A stretch of DNA of 63,014 nt, the filler included, from Ministeria vibrans ATCC 50519 (lineage: Eukaryota; Protista; Filasterea): the NCBI GenBank assembly GCA_943704425.1. It is 5 parts of 5 records of this genome, joined end to end, with 100 filler letters (N's around TTAATTAATTAA, not from the genome) between each part and the next. Parts side by side here need not be neighbours in the genome. Positions count along the whole stretch, not along the records: positions 30,253 to 60,100 come from CALSCP010002308.1; 4 more parts are not named here. One strand, given 5' to 3'. The notes under the pieces are model-generated. The model worked only from the letters and a program-made list of their open reading frames with translations. It did no database searches and was not told the DNA's origin. Of the stretch, positions 42,929-55,153 are shown piece after piece (position 1 is the first letter of the stretch; each line of letters begins with the position of its first letter). The position numbers were made by a program, and so were the translations under genes.

Positions 42929-45900
42929 ATGAGCACGGAATCACTGCGAGAGCTCTCCGGGCGCTTCCTCGCCGGGAAGGTAGGCGGGGGCGCGACGGGC
43001 CCTTATGGCGCCATCCTCTGAAACCCCTGTAGGAAAAATTCAACGAGTCTCTTGGTCTTGTCGCCGACAAGGAGCTTCACCTCTTTAGTGGTACGGCGTT
43101 GTTGGGGTTGTGCAGCGCGCGATCAAAGGGGGGGAGAGAGTGTGTGTTTGTGTCGCCGACGCGTTTTCTCACGCTGTTGTTCATGCTGCCCTCCTCGCGC
43201 AGGCGAAGCGGCTCTTGCCTATGCCACCGGCGAAATGGCGTTGACCAAGAAGGACGCGCGGTCTATGCTGGACTTTGCCCTCTCCGAGGGTCTCATTCGT
43301 CTCTGTCACACTTGCGTACGTAAAAAGTGGCGCATTGCAATGACAAAGATTGTTATTGTCTTTTCTTTCCTCCTCCAGCCCTACCAGTCCGACTCGGACG
43401 ATTCCTTTGATGACGACAGCCACGACGACGAGGACAATGATGGGAATCTCCACGACGCTATGAGCGTTGGCAACAACTCAAACGTAAGCGATCTCACGAG
43501 GCGATATGTCAAGTTCTCCGAAAACGCGCATTACACTGTGTCAGCGGAAGAGAAGGTATGAATGCCTTTTTTTTCTTCTTCTTTTTACCCTTACCATTCT
43601 TTACTTACTAAAAATGTATAGCTGTACAAGAAGTACAACGAGGACGCGAGCATGATGCTACTGAATGACATTGAGTCGACGCTGAACACGGACGTCAGTG
43701 ACCAGGCTATGCTGCGCAGAGTCGCCGGCGATGATGATGATGACGACGACGATGATGATGATGATGATGATGACGACGATGAAGAACATGATGCCGATGA
43801 TCTCTCTTCTTGGGTAAGTATGCTATTGTAAGCTGACCAAAAATTTAACGATTGTACAATAGGACACCGTGTCGTCGGAGGAGATTGCGTCTGCCATTGT
43901 GCCGGAGTCATGGAAGGAAATGCTTGATGCGAACGAACAGAGCGCGCTGCGCATCGTCACTGTCACGGACGACGTCGTGCGCCAGCACGACGGTGAGTTT
44001 GTCATTGCAGAGTACGTTGCAATCCATCCTATAAAATTATTGTTTTGTTTTACTTTGGCAATTTACCCACCTCTCTTTGACTAGTCTCCTTGAGGAGTGC
44101 ATTCCAGCTGTGGTATTCATCAATGGCCGAAGCGGGGGCAAGATGGGGGCGCGAGTGTTGGAGGCGTTTCGCGAAGTGGGACTTCACGATTCACAACTGT
44201 GGGATTTGAGCAACGGCGGACCGGAGAAAGGACTGCGTGTGTTTGCGCACTGCAAGCACACGGTGGTGGCGTGCGGCGGGGACGGGACCGTCGGGTGGAT
44301 TCTGGCGACCATGGACACCATTGACTATGCGCAAGGGATGCGCCCTTCCGTCTCCATTCTCCCACTCGGCACAGGCAACGACCTCTCACGTGTCCTTAAC
44401 TGGGGTCCCTCGGTGCCCTCTCGTCCACCCCTTCCCACCGTTCTTCGTCGTCGTCTCATCAGTCTTATCTCTGCCCAATCGCTTCATCTTGATCGCTGGT
44501 CTCTTGCTCTCACCCCCGATCCCTTGCACAAGTCCATTGTCATGAACAACTACTTTTCAGTGGGCGTTGATGCTAAAATCGCTCTCAAGTTTCATCTCGC
44601 GCGCGAGGCCCATCCGGGTCGCTTCAAGAGGTACCCTCATCACACGAATCATTACGTGCTGTCAATCACACCCTCACGCCACACGTACTCACTCTACGTC
44701 TGTTGTGTTCAGTCAAATGGTCAACAAGATGTGGTACGGGACATTCAGCACTGCCATTATGGCTTCGTCCGGTACACTTCTTTCCTCTTGTGTTACACTC
44801 TCTTTGACCGACTCCGCTCTTCATTTGTGTAGCCTTGAAAGTGTTTCGACACAAACACCTCAATGAGTCACTGTCGTTGACAGTCGACGATGAACGCGTG
44901 CTCATTCCCAACGACATTGAGTCGATAATCGTGCTCAACATCTCTTCGTACATGGCGGGTGCCGACCTGTGGGGAACGCGCAAGGAAGATGCCTACACAG
45001 CGCCCTCCTTCAAGTGAGCCACCCTGCTTGCTGTCCCCAGCGTTGCTTTTGATGTTTTTGATGCTTATCTGTCTCCTCTGCATTGTGTGCTTTTAGTGAT
45101 GGATTGGTTGAAGTTGTGGGCGTGACAGGCGTGTCTCACCTTGCGCGCATCCAGGCTGGTGTGGGTCACGGAGTGCGTCTCGCACAGGGCAGCAAAGTTG
45201 CCATTGGGATCAACGCAGACGCTCGTCTTGCCATGCAGGTAGCTCTTTCTCTTTCTCTTCTCGTTTCTCACTCATTTCTCTCTATCACTTTGTTTTCTCT
45301 CTCTAATTATTTAAATTATTATTATTAATTTTATTATCTTATTATTATCTTGGGTATGTCTTCTTCTTCTTCTTCTTCTTCTTCTTCTTCTTCTTCTTCT
45401 TCTATTTTTTATTATTGATAAATAGGTTGTATTCTTCTTCTTCTTCTTGTTCTACTTATTCATTTTTTTCTGTATAATAGTGTGATGGGGAGCCATGGAA
45501 GCAACCGGCAACCACGATAACTATCACGCATCACAGTACATCGCCCATGGCTGTCGCTGCGCTCTCCGCCGCCGATTCTTCCAGTCACACTGGTCTCGGT
45601 CGTGGCGCCACTCGCGTCAAAAGTTTCCCGTCCATATCCTTTGCGTCAACACAACGAAAAATGCGCGGATCGCTCTGTGAAGGCAACGTTGAGTGCGGTA
45701 TGTCTATCGAAGATTTTTTTGGAACTGTTGATTTATTGCTGTGTACATTTTAGAGGAAACGGAATCTATATTGAAGTCATTGACGGACGAACGGCTCGAA
45801 GAGCTCACACAACTGATCCGACGCAATGTAAAGGCGCCTTCGCAAAAGACATCAGAGTGTGCAGTGTACGGCGAAGACATTGGTACGTTAAAAGGAATAA

Positions 45901-46136
45901 CAATTCCTCCACTCGTTAACACTTTCCGTCTCTATTTCAATGCAGTGGACTACTTGTTGATTGAGCTCAAGACATCGAACCGCTTTGCGTCGTTCTCTGT
46001 CGCGTCCAAGCTGTACATGTCCGGCTTCATTTCGCCCTTGTCCAAGCACATCAAGGCTTTTCGCGACGGTCGCATTCTCTATACCTTTCAATCGCCCCTT
46101 TCACGTTCCTCAATGTCTCTCAGTAAGTCCAAGTCC

Positions 46137-46219
<83 letters not shown>

Positions 46220-46257
46220 NNNNNNNNGTATTATTATGATTATTATTATTATTATTA

Positions 46258-46347
<90 letters not shown>

Positions 46348-46968
46348 TTATTAAAATAATAATAAATTTTATTATTAGTAGTCTTATTATTATTAGTCTT
46401 ATTATTATTCATTTTTCATTTTATTCATGATTATTATTGTTTTTATTTGTTGTCACAGGTGCTCGTGAGTCTTCAGGATGACGCTGCGAAGGTCTTCTCC
46501 TCGCGCAGTGCCCATCCTATCTTTAAACATGCTCCGTTGGTCTTTGTGGCCAATCGATCCAATGCCGTGCTGCGATTCGACGTGTTTGAACGGCGTGCTC
46601 GTCGGGTACTACACAACACTGCCCATAGGTTTCTTTCTAACATTTTTTGAAATGGATATGCTTCACTAGGTGTCGGGCTTGAAGAAGAAACACTGGGTGA
46701 TGATGGGACATGCACAAGTGCCATTCTCGTCGATCAAGTCACTGTCGCCGGGTCAAGAGATCTCGAAACAGCTCAAAGTAGTCTTCTGCGACCCGGATGG
46801 CATCTCCTGCGACATCCGCGCTCAGCTCAACACGACCCTTTCCATTGCCTGGTCTGGTGCAGGCATTACCGACGAGACCGGTCTTGCCAATGATCCGAAG
46901 CCTTTTGTGCCACAGGTAAGTAAACGCGCGCCACAAATATACACATACACACACATACACACCACAAA

Positions 46969-47007
<39 letters not shown>

Positions 47008-48468
47008 CAAAGTAGACACACGCACACGCACTTACTTACTTACTCACTCACTCTCACACACGCACACCACAAACACACACATACTCACTTTGTAACCGAT
47101 CTCGAAATCTAAAACTCGTTTTTTTTGACTCCACTGTACGCATGATCAGCGTCCTCCCAAAGGTGGCTTCAAGGGCGTCATCACAGCACTCTCCGAGGCC
47201 AATCACTGGGTCAATCCCTTTGAAAATGTCGTCGTGTGGGACGCACCTGCGTCCCCTGATGACCTCGACAGTGCCCTCAACCGCTTTTCCACCACCATCA
47301 CTGGTCGCTTTGAGTACTTTACAGCGCTTCTCGCCAACGAGAGCGTTGAGGTACGTTGATAAGGCGCAGTATACCTCGTTCGTTTTTCTCATTTTCCTTT
47401 CTTAGTGCTTCATTCAACGCAGCCAGTCTGTGTACACCGACGAGTGGATTTCACTAGGCGTCCACACCACCGACTCCAAAGGCCGTCTGTCCTTCCCCAT
47501 CACACACAAAGACCTTCCTCGCGATCCGCTCGCGCCCAACGACCTCTGGGGCCACTATCGCCTTCGCATGGTACACAGTAAACAAAAGGCAAATCCACTG
47601 CTCCTCTCACCGACTCCCCTCTCTCCTGGCCTCTCTGCACGTTTCTCTACACAGGTGGTGCAACACGACAACTCCATGAGTGGCGGACAACTTTTTGTAC
47701 TGCGTCGCGGCGTTCAGGCCATTGTCGTTGATCTTGATGGTACAATCACCGTCGGCGACACACAAGTTGTGACTCAGGTGCATATCACATTTCCTCTTCC
47801 ACCCATACAATAACCTTACACTTGCCTTCCTCGTCTCTTGTCTAGGCGGTGATTAATGAGAAACACGACATCAAGAAGCGCCGTGGCGGCCTAACCATGC
47901 TACGACTATTTGCCGCCAAGGGGTTCCTCCCCATCTACCTGTCGGGCCGCCAGGGCAGCTTCTACAACCTCACGCGTGACTGGCTCATTCGCCACTCATT
48001 TCCACCGGGCCCTATTCACCTGACACACTCACACAAGCCCACACTGCCCATCTATTCCTCTGTTGGTGTATTCAAGGTGAGAGAGCCCGTGCGTCTCAGC
48101 TGAAGCAAAATATTAATCTCTATGCGAAAATAGCTCAAGTACCTGCGCAACCTCGCCTCGCTTGGCGTCGAGGTGTTCGAGTGCTACGGCAACACTGGCT
48201 CAGACCTACGCGCATACACCGAATGTAAGCCCCTCGTACAAAAACAATATAAAATAAAAATGTGCCACACACGCACTTGTGCACTCACACTCACTCTCAT
48301 CTCTCAGTTGGAATGGACAAGGCTCATCTGTATCTGGTGGGCCCCCACAGTGGGTCCAAGGACACCGCCACGTGCGGTCGTAAGCACTTCTCTCTCGAGC
48401 ACCTTGCAAAGGTTGCCGCTCTTCCCGATCCCCCGATCAAAGCGCCCAATCTCTCTTTTGAATGGTGA
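42929..48468 (+). CDS. DEP-like + diacylglycerol kinase (DAGKc/DAGKa) + C2 + Nir/RdgB-type LNS2 HAD phosphatase fusion (about 22 exons)
   Basis: Hand-spliced in one frame: HLFSGEAALAY...LDFALSEGLI (DEP-like); VFINGRSGG, VACGGDGTVGW, PLGTGNDLSR, LDRW, MNNYFSVGVDA, LNISSYMAG, DGLVEV, MQCDGEPW (DGK); LRFDVFE...MGHAQVPF (C2); ANH...ITGRFEY...TDSKGRL...YRLRMVV...VVDLDGTIT, YLSGR, WLIRHSFPPG, YGNTGSD (LNS2). Each domain is well supported; continuity relies on a 20-nt microexon at 46124-46143. Confidence 0.8.
46140..46445. repeat. (GT)n followed by (TTA)n microsatellites, intronic, with an 8-N gap
   Basis: Seen directly. Confidence 0.92.
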
Positions 48469-48583
48469 ATGCGCAAAGAAATATATATAAAAAATTAATA
48501 TAATTAAATAACAAATTATGGGGTTTCTTTTTTTTGCAACGATTCGAAATTGAAGGAGATAGCGTTAAAATGAAGTTCAATGG

Positions 48584-49777
48584 TCAATCTTCCTGTGAAA
48601 ACTTGGCTATGAGCCGCTCCGCCTGTTGGATATCATCCAGCTTCTCCTCCTTGAGCTCCATCTGCAGAGTACGACAATACATGTGTGTGAGCGAGTGGAA
48701 GATGGTGCGCTTGTGTGCGCGCAGAGTTGGCTCCTTACGCTAATTTTGATAAACTCTTCGCGATTGCGCGTCGCCAAAAGCTTGGAAAAGACTGCATTGC
48801 ACACCTAAACACAACAAAATCAATGCCCATTGATCAGCAGAGGTTTCTCTTGTGTACCTGCGCAATGAGAGCGACCACTTGTGGGGCTTTGGGAGTGCGG
48901 AAAACATGTGCCTCAAAGAGCGCAGAGTCATCGTGGTAGTGAATCAAGGCAAATGCACGCGACGAGTGCTACATTGGCAAAATAATGACAACCAATCCAA
49001 TCCAATCTTGTTTCTGTGGTGTGTTTTACCGAAATGAGAAAGGCAATTTTAGTGAGTGCCAGATTGAGAATGACACCACCCGACGAATCCACAACCTGTG
49101 CACCACTTTCAAACACAGCTAAAACCTCTTTCAGCGTGCCCGACAAGTCACTACACAGAGATCAGATAAGATACACACACAAAAAAAACATAACGACAAA
49201 CACAGAAGACTCACGCACAGACACACATAGACAAACACACAAAGGGACGTACGCCTGAGAGACAAGTACAGTGTTCTCCTTGACAATGGCGGACACAGCT
49301 TCACGCGCAACTTCACGGTTCTCCTGACGCACTCGCTCGCGTGCAAGCTCAGCTGCCTTGGAATCGCCGCTGAAAGGAACAAAAAAAAGATAAAAAAAAG
49401 CACTTCAGACACAAAGTTTGGTTTGGGGTCACATGGGGTTCTCTTACGCCGCATCACCACTGCGGAGTCGCTTGATGGTGTACTTGCCAAGAAGACCCAC
49501 CTCAAACGAGCCAAACGCATTTAGCTATTCAAAATAAGTGTTAAAATCTTGATCAGCAGAAAACACCACCACCGCCTTTGGGGTACCTTGACACTCTGTC
49601 GCGCCATATCAGCTTTGCTCAACTTCGCGCGTCCCTTTGCAATCTGACTTCGTTCCTACAATCAAGCAATGAACGCCACACTTATTTAAACACACCCACA
49701 CACGCACCACACCACACACCACACACCACAAAGACAGACAGACAGACAAACAGACAGAGACAGAGACAGACAGACAA

Positions 49778-49808
<31 letters not shown>

Positions 49809-50337
49809 AACAGACAGACAAACAGACAAACAGACAAACAGACAAACAGACACGTACACGTACATACAATGGCTCTCCTTGGCTGTACCTTTCGATTGTC
49901 CGCAATTACTTTGGCTGCGTCTGCGCCACCCACAGCGACGCCCGGGACAACCGGAAGCGGCTCAGACACTGCACTAGCTTCCTCCCCTTCAAAAAGCTCA
50001 GGATCTTCTTCGCCCGTGCTCGTCGTCTCATGGAGAAACACGTCCAACGAAATATTGTGTGAAATCTACAAACAATAAATATAAACCACAAGGGAACAAG
50101 AGTCACTAAATGACAGCATACCTCGACAGGAAAGTGGACAAGTGCCTTGAGGAAGCCGTTGAGATCAACGCGACGCTTCTCGGCAACTTCGCGCAGCGCA
50201 GAGCGTCCAAACAGAATCTTATCGGGCATGTCGGGCAGGACCAAGTTGCTCGCGGCCGCAACCGGCTTGACAAAACGTAAACAGAATAAACGTTAGAGCT
50301 CTATCACTTTGTCTGTCTGTCTGTCTATCTCCCTCCT

Positions 50338-50386
<49 letters not shown>

Positions 50387-53300
50387 CTCTCTAGCTCCGT
50401 TTCGTATGTGTGTGTACCTTTAGTTCCTTTGCCAGAGCGTGAAATTGACTGTAGCGACGTTGCACAACCTCTTCCGAACCGTCATCGTGAAACACACGAA
50501 TCTTGTACACGTAGTGTTTGCTGGGTGTTGTGATCTTCTCAATGTCAAACACGTCCACGTCGGACACACTTCGCTCGTAGGCGGCACTAGTAGCACGACT
50601 GGCACGCTCGTCGGCGGAAACAGTTAGGGAGGGCGCGGAGGGAGCAACAGGTACGACAGGAGACACGGTGTCGGAGCCAGCGGGAGACTCCGAAGAGGGC
50701 GCCATGGACGACATGCGTGACTTGGCGCGTTCTTTCTTGACACGACGCGGCGCCACAGGTGCGTCTTCGTCAGATGCCAAAACTGGTTCTGCGCTGGATA
50801 TGACAGGCACGCCCGGAGCTGGGCGGGTCGGCAGAGGAGCAGCGCTGCTTGTCGACGCCTCGACGGACGAAGACACACGCGACGGTTTGGGAGGCGGAGG
50901 CGCGCTAGCGGATGTGACCGCAGGTGGTGGTGGGCGTGCCGGTTGCACAGGTGCGTCCTTGAAATTTGCGTACACGGACGCTTCTTCGTACACAGTATCG
51001 CTGCCGGCCCCGTTTGTCTCCTCCAATGGCTTTGTCGGCTTTGGCGGTACACTTGCACCAGCACCCGCACCAGCCCCTGACACACTCGGCGCTGGGGGTC
51101 GCGGCGGTGGTGTCGACGACTTGCATGCACTCGACGCGGTGTCCTTGGCCGACTCGGTCGCTGATCGGGAGGGCTTGGCTGGTGGGATCTTCGTCGATGG
51201 TGAAGACGGCACAACAGTGGATGCAGCTGATGCGGGAGCAGGGGCAGGCTTAGACGAGGGAGCAGGCGTAGTAGACATGGGAGCAGGTTTCGCCAGTTGA
51301 GCCACCTGGGAGGTGGTCGATGTTATCGAAGATCCAGAGCGTGCAGGCTTGAGGGGAGGCGGTCCTGCTGCGGGTTTACTCTTGGGGGCAGCGGGACTCG
51401 AATTTGGCGTGGTGGCAACGCCAGACCATTTCGGGGGCGGCACGGCACTCTGTTTTGGTTTGATCACAAAAGCAGGCTTGCTTGCGGGTGGCGGGGGTTT
51501 CTTTGACTGGACCGGTGGAGGAGCAACGGCTTCTGTGGCAGCAGGCGATTTTTTCGTCACCGTCTCCACTGATGACGCAGCAGTGGTGGTCTCAGACACA
51601 CTTGCGCCGTGTGACTTGCCAACTACCGCCTCAAAGGCGTGGTCCTGGCTTGCGGCGTCGATGGCAGCAAAGAGAGCTGCCTTGGCCGCCTCCTGCTCGG
51701 GATCCGGTACGTACACTTTTCTGTCGGGAACTTGTGCAGCCGCACGTAAAGTTTCGACGTAGCTAACACGATTTTGATGAGAATCTGCGCGTGAGGGTGC
51801 AGACGAGAGTTGCTCCACGCGTGAGTTTTGCTGCTCGTCAATGGCCTGCATCACGGCAACCTTGGCCGACTCTTGTTCACGACCCTCGGCAGAGACGGAG
51901 CGACTGGCTGCAGGCTTGGTCTTGGGCAGCGTCGGTGGTGGTGGCAGTTTGGCCTTGGCCGGAGGTGGAACGGCCGCCGCTTGGACAGTGCGTTCCTGAC
52001 TGTCAGCGTCGATAGCGGCAAACAAGGCTGTGCGAGCGACGTCCTGTTCATCGTCGTGTTTCGTCACAGTAGATGTCTTCTTGGCAAGCGACGGGGGTGG
52101 AGCGGTGGCAATGAAACGTTTGGTAGTTCGTGGTGACGTCGGAGGCGACGCAAGGGTCGACGTGCGTTCGGCAGAGGCCGTGTCAATTGCCTGCAAAATT
52201 GCCTCTTTGGCATCAGCGTCGTTAGTGGGTAGTGGGGCAGAGTCATCGGGGGCGCTCGCCGGAGGCGCCGAGCCAAGTGACGCGGTGCGTTCGACCTCGA
52301 CGGCATCGATGGCAGCCATGACAGCCGCACGCGCAACATCCTGTTCGCTGTCTGTGACGGTGGCGGCATAAATTGAAAGGGTTTTGTTGGCGAGGGACGG
52401 TGGGGGAGCAGTGGCAATAAAGCGACGCGAGTTGCGCGGTGAGGTTGGAGGGGAGGCAAGGGACGCGGTGCGCTCGGCTGAAGCGTTTTCAATGGCCTGC
52501 ATGACTGCCTCTTTGGCGTTTTCGCCATCGACGACGGGCGTGACGAGACCATCGTCGGACGAGACGGCAGAGGGAGCCGAGCCGAGCGACGAGGTGCGAG
52601 CGGACTCGGAGGCGTCAATGGCCGCCAGAAGCGCCTCCTTAGCCATGTCTTGCGACGGCGACCGTTTCACCGCGTTCATTTTGTTTTGGGTTGTTGTGAC
52701 AAGAAAGCGGCGAGACATGGTTGGCGAGGTAACATGCGACGTTGGTGGCGACGAAAGCGACACCGTCTTGGCTGACTCGGAAGCGTCAATGGCGGCAAAT
52801 AGGGCCGCTTTAACATCCTCCTCTGTTTCATAATTGTTCGCACCCGACTTCGTATCATCACCAATGTCTGTTTGCGCTGGGGCATGCGACAGACGGTGGG
52901 TACTTCGCTCGACTTCGCGTGTGATGGCATCCAAAAGGGCCTGCTTGGCGGCCTCTTGTTCGGCGCGATCATGCACCTTGGTACCCTCATCCACTGATGG
53001 AGCACTCGTGGACGGAGGCATTACCGCTGCCCGGCGACGATCTTCTTCTGCCGACTCAATGGCGGCCATGAGCGCTTCCTTCGCTGAGTCTGAGTCGGCG
53101 GCGACCTCTGACTCGGCCGTGGTGCTCGACTCTGCCTGGTGCTTGGGCGGTGCGTCCGTAATACTGGAAGTTCGCTCGTGGGTGGCCGCATCGATGGCAG
53201 CCAGCACACGATCGCGCACCATTTCTTGCTCCACATCTCGTTTCTTTGATGGTAACACAATAGTCGGACGCACAATCGTAGGCGCAGGGGCCGACGAGAC

Positions 53301-54211
53301 GGGGCGAGGTGGGAGCTTGGATGCTGCTGGTGATGATGAAGATGCTGCAGTTTCAGGGGAAGCAACATCAGCATCAGCAGCAACAGTAGTAGTAGTAGCA
53401 ACAGCAGCAGAAGCAGCAGCAGAAGCAGCAGCAGCTGGTGGCGTTGTTCTCGTTGTTGTCGTTGAGATGGAGGTGTCCTTAGTTGTCGCGTCGACGGCAA
53501 CGCTCTGAACACCTGTGCTCTCAGTAATGGCAACGGAGGTGTCTGTCAAAGAAGAGGAAGAGCTAGGGACGACAGTCGTGGCAGCAGTGGCTGGAGCCGG
53601 TTTGCTTGCTGAACTTGCAGGTCGCACTGGTGGAGGCGCACTAGGTCGCGTCGCGTGGAGTCCAACAGCGTTCGCCAAAGCTGACACTCCTGTGGGGGCA
53701 GCGGGACGAACAATAGAAGGCGTGGGCGCACTCGTGGTCGACGAGACGGCTGGTGCCGACGCTGCAGGAGAAGAAAAGACAAGATATGTTTACAAAGAAA
53801 GATGGAAAAAAGATGAAAAAAAAAACGTATACGTCACAGAATCTTCTGTTACGATCACAGACAGATACAGATCCCCATTACCTTTTGTGGACGTCGCTGT
53901 TTCAGTGGCAGAGGTCGCTACAGGCGGTGCTGGATGAAGAAGGAGAGAGACGAAGCCGAAGAAAAAGGTGAGAAGACGACAAAACGCATTCAGCACAGAG
54001 CAGGAGGCGATAGAGAGAGAGAGAGAGAGAGAGAGAGAAGGAGACCACAGCGGGCTAGGTGGAGGTTCAAGTGGAACACGTTGGCATCGACGACGGTCGA
54101 AGGAGAAGGGACGTCGAAGCAAATGCGGTTTGGTTTACATTTCAGAGTCGAAGATGAATCATCGGTGCCAGGTACGATCCACACTGCCTTGGGTCCCTTC
54201 TGAGCAGACAT
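48584..54211 (-). CDS. Large adaptor: Pro/Ser/Thr-rich region with 11 helical repeats + PX domain + C-terminal PTB domain
   Basis: PX: IEKITTPSKHYVYKIRV...RRYSQFH...PDKILFGRS..REVAEKR (Tks/PI3K-C2-like). PTB-like: FEVGLLG...REAVSAI...IAFLIS|...AFALI...FEAHVFRT...VVALIAQVCNAVF. Exons splice in frame from ATG 54211 to TGA 48584. Confidence 0.8.
49730..49850. repeat. (AGAC/AAAC)n tetranucleotide microsatellite, intronic
   Basis: Seen directly. Confidence 0.9.
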
Positions 54212-54313
54212 TGTGATGTGCAATATGAGATCAGAGAGGGGTGAATAAATTAGAAAAAGAAATAGAAAAAAAAATGATCTTCACAGTTCACAGTATTTTA
54301 TTTGACTTGAAGG

Positions 54314-54788
54314 ATGGATCATCTGTTGACGCTTTTGGGAAACAAGGAGCTGGCACACACGTACTGGGCAGTGACGGGCGATCGAAAGGCCTACGCGCAG
54401 CTCTCTGTTCGCGACCTCCTCTTCAGCTTGGGCTCCACACCCTCAAAGGCCGATGTATTAAGAGCGCAGACCATTGCGGAAGTGTCGGTAAGCTTGCTGC
54501 GCCTGGTCACTTTGTGTGTGTGTGTGTATGTATGTTTGTGTGTTTGTGTGACTTGAGGGAAAAAGCCCTTTTGTCTTCTTATTCCTGTGCTCCTGCACCC
54601 CGCACGTCCCGCTTGCATGCGGAGGGGGTGTGTGCCCCGTTGTTGCGGCGGTGCGCGTCGCTCTCGGCTCACCGTCGTTGTGTGCGTAGGCGTACGTCAA
54701 AGAGAACCCCAACGCAACCGACGAAGAGAAGACGCTCTTTGTCAAGGCCAAGATTGCCCAGTTTGCCGACAACGTCGCCGCCTTGTAA
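54314..54788 (+). CDS. Small hypothetical protein (~90 aa, 2 exons)
   Basis: MDHLLTLLGNKELAHTYWAVTGD...AEVS|AYVKENPNATDEEK...FADNVAAL*; phase-0 intron GTAAGC...TAG (54488-54689); helical, non-repetitive composition. Confidence 0.7.
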
Positions 54789-55153
54789 CCGCTGCCTTTT
54801 GTTGTTGTTGTCAATGTAACAGTTTGTCTTGTATCTTTCTTTTTTTTTCTTCTTCAGTTCTTCTAATTAGTTGAGTATTTGTCATATCAAATGATTCTGA
54901 GCTGTTTGTGATTTTTGTATGTATGTGACTACTGGCTGTTGAATGTTGACTGAATGACTATTGAGTATTGACTGTTGTCGAGATTTGTGTGTGATTGACA
55001 ATAAATTGGGATTTAATAGAAAAAAATATTATTACGTCTTATAATAAATGAACTTATAGTAATAATGATAATAATAAAAATAACAATAATAATAATAGTC
55101 ATTATAGCTTAATCGTAAGTAAAACATTAGAGGAGAGAGGAACAAAAAAAAGT

